The notes under the pieces: model-generated
The model's database searches: none
Seen by the model: the letters and a program-made list of their open reading frames with translations, nothing else
What the model was told of the DNA's origin: nothing
NCBI GenBank assembly: GCA_938073905.1
Contig: CALJEN010000005.1
Coordinates: 347,363-411,362, forward strand
Direction of reading: 5' to 3'
Length of the DNA stretch: 64,000 bases
DNA from: an uncultured Sulfolobales archaeon
GTDB lineage: Archaea; Thermoproteota; Thermoprotei_A; Sulfolobales; NBVN01
Part shown: positions 8,451 to 16,875 of the stretch, in pieces
How positions within the stretch are numbered: the first letter of the stretch is position 1
How the letters are laid out: each line of letters starts with the position of its first letter
Made by a program: the position numbers and the translations under genes

Positions 8451-9785
8451 TCACCGGGCCTTGAGGGCCCGGACTCTCTCGAGGTCGGCGACCACTCTCT
8501 CCAGCGCCCTGTGGGGGGTTAGTCTGATTACCCGCACTCCAGACCTCTCCAGAGTTCCCACGCTCCTGAGCTCCCTACTCACCATGTTGAAGCGTAGAAC
8601 CCTGTACACGACGTCGTCTACCCTGCTCGCAGTGCTGAAGAAGGTCACCAGCGGGGAGACCACTATGAACTCGACTCCCCTCTCCCGAGCTCTCCCGGCC
8701 AGCTCCAGCAGCTCGAGCGCTCTCCGCTCGTCCAGGATCGGCGAGAAGACCACTACAGCCGAGAAGCTCCCGAGCGACTCGCCGAGATCTCCTACACCCC
8801 GGTCGCGCGCACTGGGCTCCGCTCTCAGGGTCGGGGCCCACGCCGGCCACGCCACGCTGGAGAGAGTGTTGAGCACTTCGACGAGCCCCCTGCGGCCTCT
8901 AAGCTCGCCGGTGCGCCTGACCCCGTCCTCCGTAGAGACGAGGAGCACCAGCCTGTCCCCGCGCTTGAGGAGGTAGTTGGCCAGTGCCGCGGCTAGGTCG
9001 GCACCGTACTCGAAAAGAGACCTCGGGCTGCCGACGAACATGTAGCTCCGAGCGTCGAGCACCACGAGCACCCTCAGGGGGGTTTCGACCTCGAAGACCT
9101 TCACGTGGAGCCTCCCCTGTCTAGCCGTAGCCTTCCAGTCGACGTGGCGGAGCTCGTCGCCCGGGTGGTACTCCCTTGTGCTGTGGTACTCCACCCCGTG
9201 TCCCGGACTGAGCGTCCTAGCACCCGAGGACGAGCGCACCAAGCCGTACCACCTGGCCAGCGGTGCCAGGCCGGCCTTCGGCGGTATCCTGATCACCAGG
9301 GAGTCCAGCTCGTGGACGGGCGCCTCGAAGATTCCGAGCGGGTCGGTCAGCACTACGGTCAGGGGGCCCAGTACGTGAAGCCCCGTCCGCCTAGGTAGCA
9401 GAAGCCGGACCCCGACTCGCCCGGATCTTGGCTCAAGCTTCAAGGCGGTCGTGGTGCGCTCGCCGGAGCTCGAGAGCTGGGGAGGCGTCTCGATGGACAG
9501 CCTCAGGCCAGCGAGGCTCGCCCGGGGAGCTATGGTCAGCTGTAGGTGGAGCACGGCTTCGGCTTCCCGTAGCTCGAGCCTCGCGTCCTCCACCCGGCAC
9601 ACGAAGCTCTCGCTCGCGCGCGCCAGGTAGGAGTAGCTGGTCGCGAGGTACACCAGGAAGTAGGCAGCAACGGATAGGGCTGCTGGAACGGCGTCCAGGA
9701 GGGCCAGCACGGCGGATACCGCGACGACCGCGGCGCTGAAAACGGGAAATTTGCGCGTCCCCACCACTCTGTCGTACCTACGCAC
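8451..9785 (-). CDS. DUF58 (vWA-like) family protein
   Basis: 444 aa with an N-terminal pair of TM helices. The motif EYHSTREYHPGDELRHVDWKATARQGRLHVKVFE is the DUF58 signature. It overlaps the upstream gene by 8 nt. Confidence 0.8.
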   Translation of the reverse strand: MRRYDRVVGTRKFPVFSAAVVAVSAVLALLDAVPAALSVAAYFLVYLATSYSYLARASESFVCRVEDARLELREAEAVLHLQLTIAPRASLAGLRLSIETPPQLSSSGERTTTALKLEPRSGRVGVRLLLPRRTGLHVLGPLTVVLTDPLGIFEAPVHELDSLVIRIPPKAGLAPLARWYGLVRSSSGARTLSPGHGVEYHSTREYHPGDELRHVDWKATARQGRLHVKVFEVETPLRVLVVLDARSYMFVGSPRSLFEYGADLAAALANYLLKRGDRLVLLVSTEDGVRRTGELRGRRGLVEVLNTLSSVAWPAWAPTLRAEPSARDRGVGDLGESLGSFSAVVVFSPILDERRALELLELAGRARERGVEFIVVSPLVTFFSTASRVDDVVYRVLRFNMVSRELRSVGTLERSGVRVIRLTPHRALERVVADLERVRALKAR

Positions 9786-11067
9786 TTCTCCCCCCTAGGA
9801 ACCTCTCACCGGAGACCTTCAGCAGCTCCTCCGAGTACCTCAGGGCCCTACCGATCATGAAGCGCCATATCGGTAGATACGTGAGAGCCTTATGGTCGAG
9901 AACGGACTTGGAGAGCTCTATGAACCTGGAGAGCCCCGCCGAGAACTCGCGGCTATAGCCGGCGCTCTCCAGGCACCTCACCAGCTCGCTGCCCGGGTCG
10001 GTTCCGCAGCCGAGCAGGGAGAGTAGCTCGGCCAAGGCCTCGAACACCTTGCCGAAGTCTTCCCTGCCCCTCCACGCGAAGCTCTTGAGGGGCCTGGCCG
10101 AGACCCCGCTCCCGCCGAACCTCGCCGAGGCGGTCACCACGACCACCAGAACTAGCACTGCCATCACCTCGTTCCTGACGCCCTCCAAGGGGTCGCTGGT
10201 GAGGTGTCCCTCTAGGGCCTTCAGGTAGTGGAACACGCCGTTCAGGATCTCCAGGAAGGGCGCGCGCTCTTCGTGAACTCTCGAGACGGGGCCCACGTAG
10301 GATGCATACTTCCCAGCCTCCACGAGGACTCTGCACTCCCTCCCGCATTCCTCCCTTATTGTATGCGCCACGAACTTCGCCAGCTCCCTGTAGACCCCAC
10401 CCAGCTGCTGCGCCTGGTTCGTCAGCGGGGACCCGTCGCCGAGCACGAGAACTGTCACCCTCCCCAGGCGCTCGAGGCAGCCGACGGGCTTCAGCTCGGC
10501 CTCGGTGGAGGGGTACTCGTAGGACTCGGCAAGCCCGATCACGGTCTCGCAGCCGCGGACCTCCGACGCCTTGTCCAGCCTCAGGACGGCCTCCCGAGCA
10601 CCGAGGTAGAAGGTAGACCTGGGGTAGTAGTCGTAGCGCTCGTCCAGCAGCCTGTTGCCGAGCACCCTCGCCCCGGCTCCGAGGAGCTCTAGCACGGTGT
10701 TCGACGATGTGGTCTCGTCGGCGACCACGAGGACTCCGCCGGAGCTCGCCAGCAGCTCAGCTATGGCGCTGGCCTCGTCGCGACCGTAGCCGTACTCGGG
10801 CGAGACTATCAGCACGCAGACCCTTCCCTCCTCGGCGCGCACGCGGCTCCACTCCGTTACGTAGCTGACCCGGAGGCCGTAGTCCTTGAGCAGCTCTACC
10901 AGCATGGACGTCCCGAAGTGTCCCGGGTTGATCGGCGACGAGCCGAGGGGGTACGGCGTCGGCAGGTCGGCGTACTCGAGCACCGCCACCACGGCTATGG
11001 AGAGTAGCAGAACCGCGAGCGCGGAGGCCTTCAGCACCAGGAGCAGGACTAGGCGGACTTCCCGCAT
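9778..11067 (-). CDS. Membrane-anchored protein, DUF4350-like (partner of DUF58 in MoxR-type clusters)
   Basis: 429 aa. It has an N-terminal TM helix, then GHFGTSMLVELLKDYGLRV, and a second TM helix near residue 300. Family assignment is from memory of the DUF4350 pattern only. Confidence 0.45.
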   Translation of the reverse strand: MREVRLVLLLVLKASALAVLLLSIAVVAVLEYADLPTPYPLGSSPINPGHFGTSMLVELLKDYGLRVSYVTEWSRVRAEEGRVCVLIVSPEYGYGRDEASAIAELLASSGGVLVVADETTSSNTVLELLGAGARVLGNRLLDERYDYYPRSTFYLGAREAVLRLDKASEVRGCETVIGLAESYEYPSTEAELKPVGCLERLGRVTVLVLGDGSPLTNQAQQLGGVYRELAKFVAHTIREECGRECRVLVEAGKYASYVGPVSRVHEERAPFLEILNGVFHYLKALEGHLTSDPLEGVRNEVMAVLVLVVVVTASARFGGSGVSARPLKSFAWRGREDFGKVFEALAELLSLLGCGTDPGSELVRCLESAGYSREFSAGLSRFIELSKSVLDHKALTYLPIWRFMIGRALRYSEELLKVSGERFLGGRSA

Positions 11068-11246
11068 CCCTCCTCACTGGCCAGGAGGCCCGCAAGCCGC
11101 ACGCCGGCCGAGAGCAGGGCCAGACCCGAGGCCAGGGCCACGACTGAGGCGGCGACGAGAGCGTAGAGCATCAGCACCACCGAGAGGGCTAGGAGAGATA
11201 CCGATGACGCGATCAGGAGCACCGCCAGAGCCTTGACGACGCTCAA
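11049..11246 (-). CDS. Possible small two-TM protein (about 65 aa, TTG start)
   Basis: Frame LSVVKALAVLLIASSVSLLALSVVLMLYALVAASVVALASGLALLSAGVRLAGLL. Its TTG overlaps the TGA of the upstream gene and its 3' end overlaps the next gene. There is no homology evidence. Confidence 0.3.
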   Translation of the reverse strand: MSVVKALAVLLIASSVSLLALSVVLMLYALVAASVVALASGLALLSAGVRLAGLLASEEGCGKSA

Positions 11247-11803
11247 GGCTGCACCACGCCGAGCTCTCTCGCTAGCGCCTCGGCATACGCGACCAGCCTC
11301 GCCAGCTCGGCGAAGGCCTCGGTGAGCCGGTCGGCCGACCTCAGAGCCGCTACCGCTATGAGCGCGGTGCTGAAGTAGCCGGCGATCCTGACGGGTCTGC
11401 CCCCCCATCCTTCCACGAGCAGCAGGATGGATGCGGAGGCAGCGAAGGACGGCAGGGCGGGGACAGCAGCGAGGTTGTCCCGGGGGGCTCCTAGCAAGCA
11501 CCAGAAGACCGGGTAGGAGACTGCTGCCAGCGAGAGGAAGAGAAGCACGGGATGTAGCCCCTCCAGGAGGGAGAGGCCTCCGCTCGCGGTCGCGGGGGAC
11601 GTGTACCCCCTGGCTACGTGGTACGCGTAGCAGGCCGCGGCTAGGCCCAGAACGGCGTTGCCTAGGCTCGTGTTCACCAGGAACCTGAAGAGGGGGCTCC
11701 CCGTAGCGGCGCCGAGGTACGAGTAGCTGACCAGGAACAGCAGCGCGGCTGCCGGAAGGGCGATAGCGAAGAGCCTCCCACCGGGCGCTCGACTCGTACT
11801 CAT
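11243..11803 (-). CDS. Integral membrane protein (unknown family)
   Basis: About 5 hydrophobic segments. ATG 11803 is preferred over the ORF maximum (11962) because ATAGATAAAAAG (TATA-like) sits about 30 nt upstream of 11803. Confidence 0.5.
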   Translation of the reverse strand: MSTSRAPGGRLFAIALPAAALLFLVSYSYLGAATGSPLFRFLVNTSLGNAVLGLAAACYAYHVARGYTSPATASGGLSLLEGLHPVLLFLSLAAVSYPVFWCLLGAPRDNLAAVPALPSFAASASILLLVEGWGGRPVRIAGYFSTALIAVAALRSADRLTEAFAELARLVAYAEALARELGVVQP

Positions 11804-12069
11804 CCTACCCGAGACGCTACCGGCTCTCGGCTTTTTATCTATGTGGTCGCTGGCTCCGCGCTGGGTGACCCGCGACCCGATAGCCAAAACTGCCGAACCC
11901 CCGCACCGCCCTCCGAGGATGCCCACCAAACCCACCGCTCCCACACCGAGATCCACGCTCATACTGGACTCCTAACTCTCACGACAGGCCAAGATTAGTT
12001 TCGGTGTCCTCTCCCCGGGTAACTCCGCTACCCAAAGTGCCATTTACATCGCAAAAGCGCTGCTTCTCG

Positions 12070-12246
12070 GTGCGGTTGGTGCGAGTGATCACCTTCAAGC
12101 TCGACGAAGAGACCGTGGAGGAGCTGAACAGGGTAGCGGAGATGCTTGGGGTATCAAGGTCCGAGGTCATCCGGGTAGCTATCCTGCGCTTTATAAGAGA
12201 GAATGCGGTCGGCAGAGTGAAAGTTAGGAGGGTATTACTCGGGTAG
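12070..12246 (+). CDS. Ribbon-helix-helix (CopG/Arc-like) DNA-binding protein
   Basis: ITFKLDEETVEELNRVAEMLGVSRSEVIRVAILRFI is a textbook RHH beta-alpha-alpha pattern. GTG 12070 is chosen as start (leaderless, TTTACAT box about 25 nt upstream). The ORF is open from 12004. Confidence 0.65.
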   Translation: MRLVRVITFKLDEETVEELNRVAEMLGVSRSEVIRVAILRFIRENAVGRVKVRRVLLG

Positions 12247-12331
12247 CCGACCTCTAGTTGAGCTGGCTTGGGAGCGATATTACGCGGCTCTCGACGCTCG
12301 AGCCGTATTTAGTAAATCGTAGCTTATCTGT

Positions 12332-12350
12332 GTAATACATAGAGTATTAC
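12332..12350. promoter_or_regulatory. Perfect inverted repeat GTAATAC-N5-GTATTAC (candidate operator)
   Basis: Seen directly in the sequence. It lies between the TATA-like ATTTAGTAAA (12306-12316) and the Shine-Dalgarno-like GGGGGTGA (12354-12361). Further TATTAC half-sites occur at 12233 and 12287. Confidence 0.4.
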
Positions 12351-12361
12351 CCAGGGGGTGA

Positions 12362-12604
12362 AGCTTTCTGCCGGTCATCTACCGGTGCGGTTCCTGCGGT
12401 CACGTCCTATTCGAGTTCCTCAGAGTCGGGCAGGATTCGTACGGACTACCCACGCCCTCGGAGCTCATAGCGAAGCTAGGCACGAACTGTCCCCACTGCG
12501 GCAAGAGGCTGAAGATCCCGGCTATCGAGAACGTCAGGATAAGTCCCTACAGGCCGAGGAGGGCTTCTCCACCTGGGACCCTTCAGCGTCGGTCAAGCGC
12601 CTAG
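12362..12604 (+). CDS. Small C4 zinc-ribbon protein (start codon unresolved)
   Basis: The frame reads SFLPVIYRCGSCGHVLFEFLRVGQDSYGLPTPSELIAKLGTNCPHCGKRLKIPAIENVRI..., with CxxC...CxxC. It is open from 12362 to TAG 12602-12604 and has no in-frame ATG/GTG/TTG before the first CxxC. Candidate starts are CTG 12368 and ATC 12377. Confidence 0.5.
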   Translation, partial: SFLPVIYRCGSCGHVLFEFLRVGQDSYGLPTPSELIAKLGTNCPHCGKRLKIPAIENVRISPYRPRRASPPGTLQRRSSA

Positions 12605-12639
12605 CTTGGACCGAGAGCAGGCTCGTGGATTTTCTAGGT

Positions 12640-12995
12640 CTAAACGCATTCGCGGGTACCGCAGGTCTTACCAAGGAGGCCTCGGGAGGTTGTCGGAACT
12701 CGAGACCCCGCCGGGGTGGTCGGAGTCCACTGAGAGGCTGGTGAGGGTGGGCCGAGGTTGATCGCTTAAGTCCACCCAGACAGGCCGGGCGCTGCGGAAG
12801 TCTTCGTGGTCCCGGGAGTTCCCAAACCGTTGTCGCGTAGTCAACACTTCGTGACTACGCGTTCCACCCCGGCCCTGGAGGCCTCGGTGGCTTTCGGGGG
12901 CAACGGTAAAGCACCCCACATCGAGCGCCTCATAGCGTGCCCATTCGGCTTACTCGCTTCGCCACATACCGGGCGCGCCTATCCCACCATCACGT
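12640..12995. ncRNA. Candidate structured non-coding RNA (family unassigned)
   Basis: No credible ORF. Perfect 9-bp hairpin: 12835-12843 pairs with 12852-12860. Long-range complementarity: 12741-12751 with 12983-12993, and 12695-12707 with 12808-12822. There are RNase-P-like fragments (UUAAGUCC ... CGGCUUAC; CGGUAAAGCACCCCAC..GAGCG..CAUAGCG), but the universal RNase P blocks are missing. Strand is not resolved. Confidence 0.3.
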
Positions 12996-13296
12996 AGTGT
13001 TGGGGAGAAGTATATAAAGTTTACTATTTAGGGGCTGCAGCCGAACCCTTCCTCCTCAGGAGATCCAAAGTAGCTCTACACGGGCTCTCGGCTGCCTCGC
13101 GATACAGCATCGAGCGCCTCTCGTATCTCCGCCTCTCCAAGCCGAGCGGACTCCGGGTAAAAAGCCCTCCACCGGGAGCGGGTTCGAGGAGGAAACGCGA
13201 TTCCGATAGAGCTGGTTGACAGCGCTGCCATGCTCCTCTCCGGCTCTCTCGAGGAGCGGTCACAGCGGCTCGCTTCCCGCCTAAGAGCTCTGGACC

Positions 13297-16200
13297 TCAT
13301 CCGATCCACTTCTCAAGGGCCTCACCCATCGCCTTGTACAGATCGGCTAGCCACTTCCTCGCCTCCCCCTCGTCGAGGTCGGGCTTCAGAGCCCTCAGGA
13401 CGCCCAAGTCCAGCTCGAGCCTCTCCCTCTGCTGCCCCGAGTACTGGTCGGGCAGTCTCCGGAGCTCGACCCGCTTGAACTTCTCGAAGACTCCCGCGAG
13501 CTCGCCAAGCCTCTCCTCGGGAAGGGACTCCACATCGGGCACCGGCAGGAGCCTCCAGTGACTCTTCTTGAGCCTTATCCAGGCACCCCTCGTCTCCTGC
13601 CTGCACGCCAATACGGAGAGCACCCCCCACGTGGAGTTCAGCCAGGCGCAGAGGGCCTTGAGCTTTCTGGGATCGCTCCCGGACCTGAGCCTGACCGTGT
13701 AGAAGACGTTCGAGACGGCGGGCTCGGTGGTGTAGAGAGCGATCACGTGGGCGGTCTCGAGCCATATCCTGTCTGGCACGAGGAGCTGGCTCGCGTGTCT
13801 CCCGAAGAGCTCGGCCCCCCTCTCGGTCTTCGGCACGACCCCCGAGTTCGGCTCTACCTCCATCCTGCTCCTCACCTCCTCCCCACCGCCGTAGAGGCAG
13901 GGAAGGGTTCCCGGAGCCCTGTCGACTCTCCGGAAGTTCTCGTGGAACAGCGGCGAGTCCATCCCGAGGACGACCATGCTCCCGAGCCTTCTGAGGGGCA
14001 CCTCGATCACTTCCCTCCCCAGCTCTATCCTACCCCCGAGGGCGCTCAGCGCGTAGGCGGAGAGCTGTGGGTCTAGGAAGGCGACCAGCTTTCCCCAGTT
14101 GTCCAGGTGCTCCAGGAGGAGCCGCCGCGGGACTGAGTAGAGCACGCCTCTGGACTCTCCCGCTCTCACGTAGCTGCCGGCGCGGTGATCCCGCAACGCC
14201 GTGCCGGCCCCTCCGCTCCTCGAGTACTCCTCTACGACCTCGTGAGCCAGCCAAACGCCCTCGAGAGCGTTCCTGGGCTTCCTGAGCAGGATCGCGAAGA
14301 GAGTCCTATCGTCGTCCCCGGGCTCCTTCACTCTCCTGGCCACAACGAGGCACTCGCTGAGCTGGGTCGACTCGCTGAAGTTGTACCCTCTCTCGGCATC
14401 GTAGCTCACGACCACGTACTCTACGTGGAACCCCGTGACTAGGTAAGCCCTGGCGAGGAACCAGCTGGCTCCCGAGAGGAGGCTCTTCGGCAGGACGAAG
14501 GCTATTCTGCCGCCCTCCGCTACCCTCTCCCCGGCTACGTAGAGGAAGAGAAGCCCCTCGCCCGCCTGCCCGATCTCGAGGAAGGGCCTGAGCTCCTCCT
14601 CGCTGAGGACTGAGCTCAGCCTCGCCAGGAGACCGCTCCTCTTCGCTACCTCAACCATCCTGCTCTTGACCCGGTCCTTGAACTCTAGGTAGGCGTTGAC
14701 GAGCTTCTCTCTAGCGGACGTATCGGCTACAAAGCCGAAGAGCCCAGCCCCCTCTTCACCTCCCCTACCGGTGGCCCTGGTGAACGGGGGGTTCATTACG
14801 ATCAAGTCGAAGCCCCTCGGGAGCCTTACGGTCGTAAGCTCCTCTCCCGAGGTGGAGACCTTCACGGCTTGCCAGGAGTAGTTGAAGAGGCCCCCCCGCG
14901 CTACGTCCAGGCTCCCCAGAACCGCGTACCCCCTCCTGGGATCTACGCCCAGGGGGACGGTGTAGAGGTTCGTGTTCCGCACGGTCACCCCAGGCTCGTG
15001 GAGGACCAGCACGGTCGCAGCTATATGGACAGCGAACCTCAACGCGTCCAGACCCCAGAGCACTTTCTCGAGGGCTACCCTGTGGAACTCCTCGGTACCT
15101 GCTTCGAGGCCTGCGCTCAGGCGGTCTCGGGTGTACAGGTAGAGGAGAGCGTCGTAGGCGGCCGAGAGCAGAGTACCGGAGCCGCACGCGAGGTCGGCGA
15201 CTCTGAAGCTGTCCAGTTCGGCGAAGCTCTTCCACGACGGGTTCGGAGTCGCGAGAGCCAGCCTGGTCAGGAGGTAGGCGGCCGGCGTCTCCGTGAAGTA
15301 AGTTGCGAACCCCTTGCGGACGGCCCAGTCCCCAACTATCGTGTGATAGACCCTCCCGGCGAAGTCCCTCCGGAGCATGACCCTGTTGCCGGCTATCCTG
15401 GCTGCCAGGTCTACGAGCTCCCCGATCCTCGGCTCGGTTTCCGGGGGAAGCTTCTCCGCTACCTCCCTCGCGACCCCGAAGATGAGCCCGTAGTTGGCTC
15501 CGAGCATTTCACCGAGTGCCTCCCTGAGGGCGTCCAGATGGCTCCCACGCCTTGCGCGGGACTTCAGAGACTCGAGCCCGTAGCGAGTCCGCAGGCTCTC
15601 GTAGAAGACTGCGCTCAGGAGAAGGGTCAAAGCAGCCTTGCCGTAGATGAGGTCACCTATCTTCTCGCACTCGCCGACGGAGAGCCCGTAGAGCTTGTAG
15701 AACACGTCGTAGAGGCTCTCGCACACCTCGAGCCTTCTGTCAACGTCCTTGAGTCTCAGAACGAAGGAGTTCACGAACTCCTTTATCCTATCCTCGGTCT
15801 CTTTCACCATTTCCTCCGCGAGCATGTGCTCGATCGCGAGGTCTACGCACCTGACCAGGAGGGGCACGTCGACGCCGAGCCAGGCCTCTTCGAGGAGCAC
15901 CGGGGTTTGTCCACCCTTCCCCCTCAGGTAGTCCGGCAGGGTTCTAGTGACATCCTCTACCTTCTCTCCTGGGACGAAGATTTTGATCCTCAGCTTCGAC
16001 TCCTCCAGGACTCTCTCGAGCTCTTCATCCGCGAGGCCCCGGGGGAGGTCTCGGATGTCGTGCCACACGGCGACAGCGAGGTCGCAAAGACCCTCTTCGA
16101 GCCTTCGGCGAGCGCCCCTCTCCGCGTCGCCAGGGTCAGAGGAGCCCTCGAGAGCTACCCGGAGCCCCCTCCGCAGCAGGAGGACGCCCGCGCAGCGCCT

Positions 16201-16332
16201 CCCCTCGTTTACCTTCTCGACCACTACCGACCCCGGAGCGATCCTCCCGAGGAGTTTTGCCAGAGCCGCGTCGACCCTGCCTTCGCAAGCCGCCCTCAAT
16301 GTCCGCGGTCTCCGGGGAGCGTTTGCTCCCAA
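13297..16332 (-). CDS. Large gamma-class N6-adenine DNA methyltransferase (Eco57I/TaqI-like) with fused target-recognition domain
   Basis: 1011 aa. Motif X-like GFATYFTETP, motif I VADLACGSGTLLSAAYD, motif IV DLIVMNPPF. The C-terminal LNSTWGVLSV...WRLLPVPD resembles a TaqI-type specificity domain. The first codon of the ORF is TTG 16332. TTG 16301 is an alternative because TATA-like GTTTATTATC abuts 16332. Confidence 0.85.
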   Translation of the reverse strand: MGANAPRRPRTLRAACEGRVDAALAKLLGRIAPGSVVVEKVNEGRRCAGVLLLRRGLRVALEGSSDPGDAERGARRRLEEGLCDLAVAVWHDIRDLPRGLADEELERVLEESKLRIKIFVPGEKVEDVTRTLPDYLRGKGGQTPVLLEEAWLGVDVPLLVRCVDLAIEHMLAEEMVKETEDRIKEFVNSFVLRLKDVDRRLEVCESLYDVFYKLYGLSVGECEKIGDLIYGKAALTLLLSAVFYESLRTRYGLESLKSRARRGSHLDALREALGEMLGANYGLIFGVAREVAEKLPPETEPRIGELVDLAARIAGNRVMLRRDFAGRVYHTIVGDWAVRKGFATYFTETPAAYLLTRLALATPNPSWKSFAELDSFRVADLACGSGTLLSAAYDALLYLYTRDRLSAGLEAGTEEFHRVALEKVLWGLDALRFAVHIAATVLVLHEPGVTVRNTNLYTVPLGVDPRRGYAVLGSLDVARGGLFNYSWQAVKVSTSGEELTTVRLPRGFDLIVMNPPFTRATGRGGEEGAGLFGFVADTSAREKLVNAYLEFKDRVKSRMVEVAKRSGLLARLSSVLSEEELRPFLEIGQAGEGLLFLYVAGERVAEGGRIAFVLPKSLLSGASWFLARAYLVTGFHVEYVVVSYDAERGYNFSESTQLSECLVVARRVKEPGDDDRTLFAILLRKPRNALEGVWLAHEVVEEYSRSGGAGTALRDHRAGSYVRAGESRGVLYSVPRRLLLEHLDNWGKLVAFLDPQLSAYALSALGGRIELGREVIEVPLRRLGSMVVLGMDSPLFHENFRRVDRAPGTLPCLYGGGEEVRSRMEVEPNSGVVPKTERGAELFGRHASQLLVPDRIWLETAHVIALYTTEPAVSNVFYTVRLRSGSDPRKLKALCAWLNSTWGVLSVLACRQETRGAWIRLKKSHWRLLPVPDVESLPEERLGELAGVFEKFKRVELRRLPDQYSGQQRERLELDLGVLRALKPDLDEGEARKWLADLYKAMGEALEKWIG

Positions 16333-16875
16333 GCGATAATAAACGCGGCTCGCGATGCCCTCTTCGGGCTCGCCGAACCCTCACGCGGTCAGCTCCAAGA
16401 CTCTTTCGAAATATCGGCGAGAGCCCTCCGACGGGGGCTTAGCCGACGCACCGGGAAGAGCCAGTGAGTAAGAGCTGTGCGCGGGACTTGAAAGCTTGCT
16501 GTGCGACTATCTAGAGGCCCACCGCGCGGTGGGGAAAGTGGAAAAGACGTAAAGTCTCAACAGGAGGCTGGTAGTAGTGCCGTCCCGACAAAGTCCAGCA
16601 TTCCCAGAGCGAGACCGGCCAGCGTGTCCGGAATTCACGAGCACTGCGGGGGCAGCTAGCGAGAAAAAGCCCTTCCCGATACTGGGCCGAAGACCGGAGT
16701 ACGTGCTCGGGTCCGGCACATTACGTGCAGCGACCCCCCGGCGCTCCGAATGCGCTTCTGCTCCGACTCCCCGCTAGGGCTCTTCCGCTCCTCTTGGACG
16801 AATTCCCTCGCCCTGTGCCGAAGGAGCTCTCTTCCACTTTTAAGACCTCTAGACGCGGACTGTGGGGGTTGAGAG

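Noticed and set aside
12358-12744. 128-aa GTG-initiated ORF
   Set aside because: Its product is R/S/P/A-rich with no motif. The overlapping +1 frame encodes a clean C4 zinc ribbon, which I consider the real gene despite the lack of a canonical start.
12640-12995. Firm assignment of this region as RNase P RNA, or earlier as SRP RNA because of GGGGGCAACGGTAAAGC
   Set aside because: The true SRP RNA, with a near-consensus helix 8, is at 1798-2116. For RNase P, I found only partial resemblances. I could not find the conserved GGUAAGGGUGAAA..GGUAAGAGC or ACAGAA blocks, nor room for P15 and the 3' strands of P5/P7. I kept it only as an unassigned ncRNA candidate.
12919-13120. 13-nt direct repeat CATCGAGCGCCTC (12919-12931 and 13108-13120) as an integration att duplication flanking the methyltransferase island
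   Set aside because: Both copies lie on the same side of the methyltransferase gene. The match does not extend beyond 13 nt, and I found no counterpart near 16.3-16.9 kb.
14869-16467. 532-aa plus-strand ORF
   Set aside because: It is a shadow ORF antisense to the methyltransferase gene. It has no motifs and a P/E/V/G-rich composition.
16585-16605. RNase P CR-I-like GACAAAGTCCAGC
   Set aside because: No matching CR-V/P4 3' strand lies downstream; the best pairing is 4 bp. A hexamer like AAGTCC is expected many times by chance.
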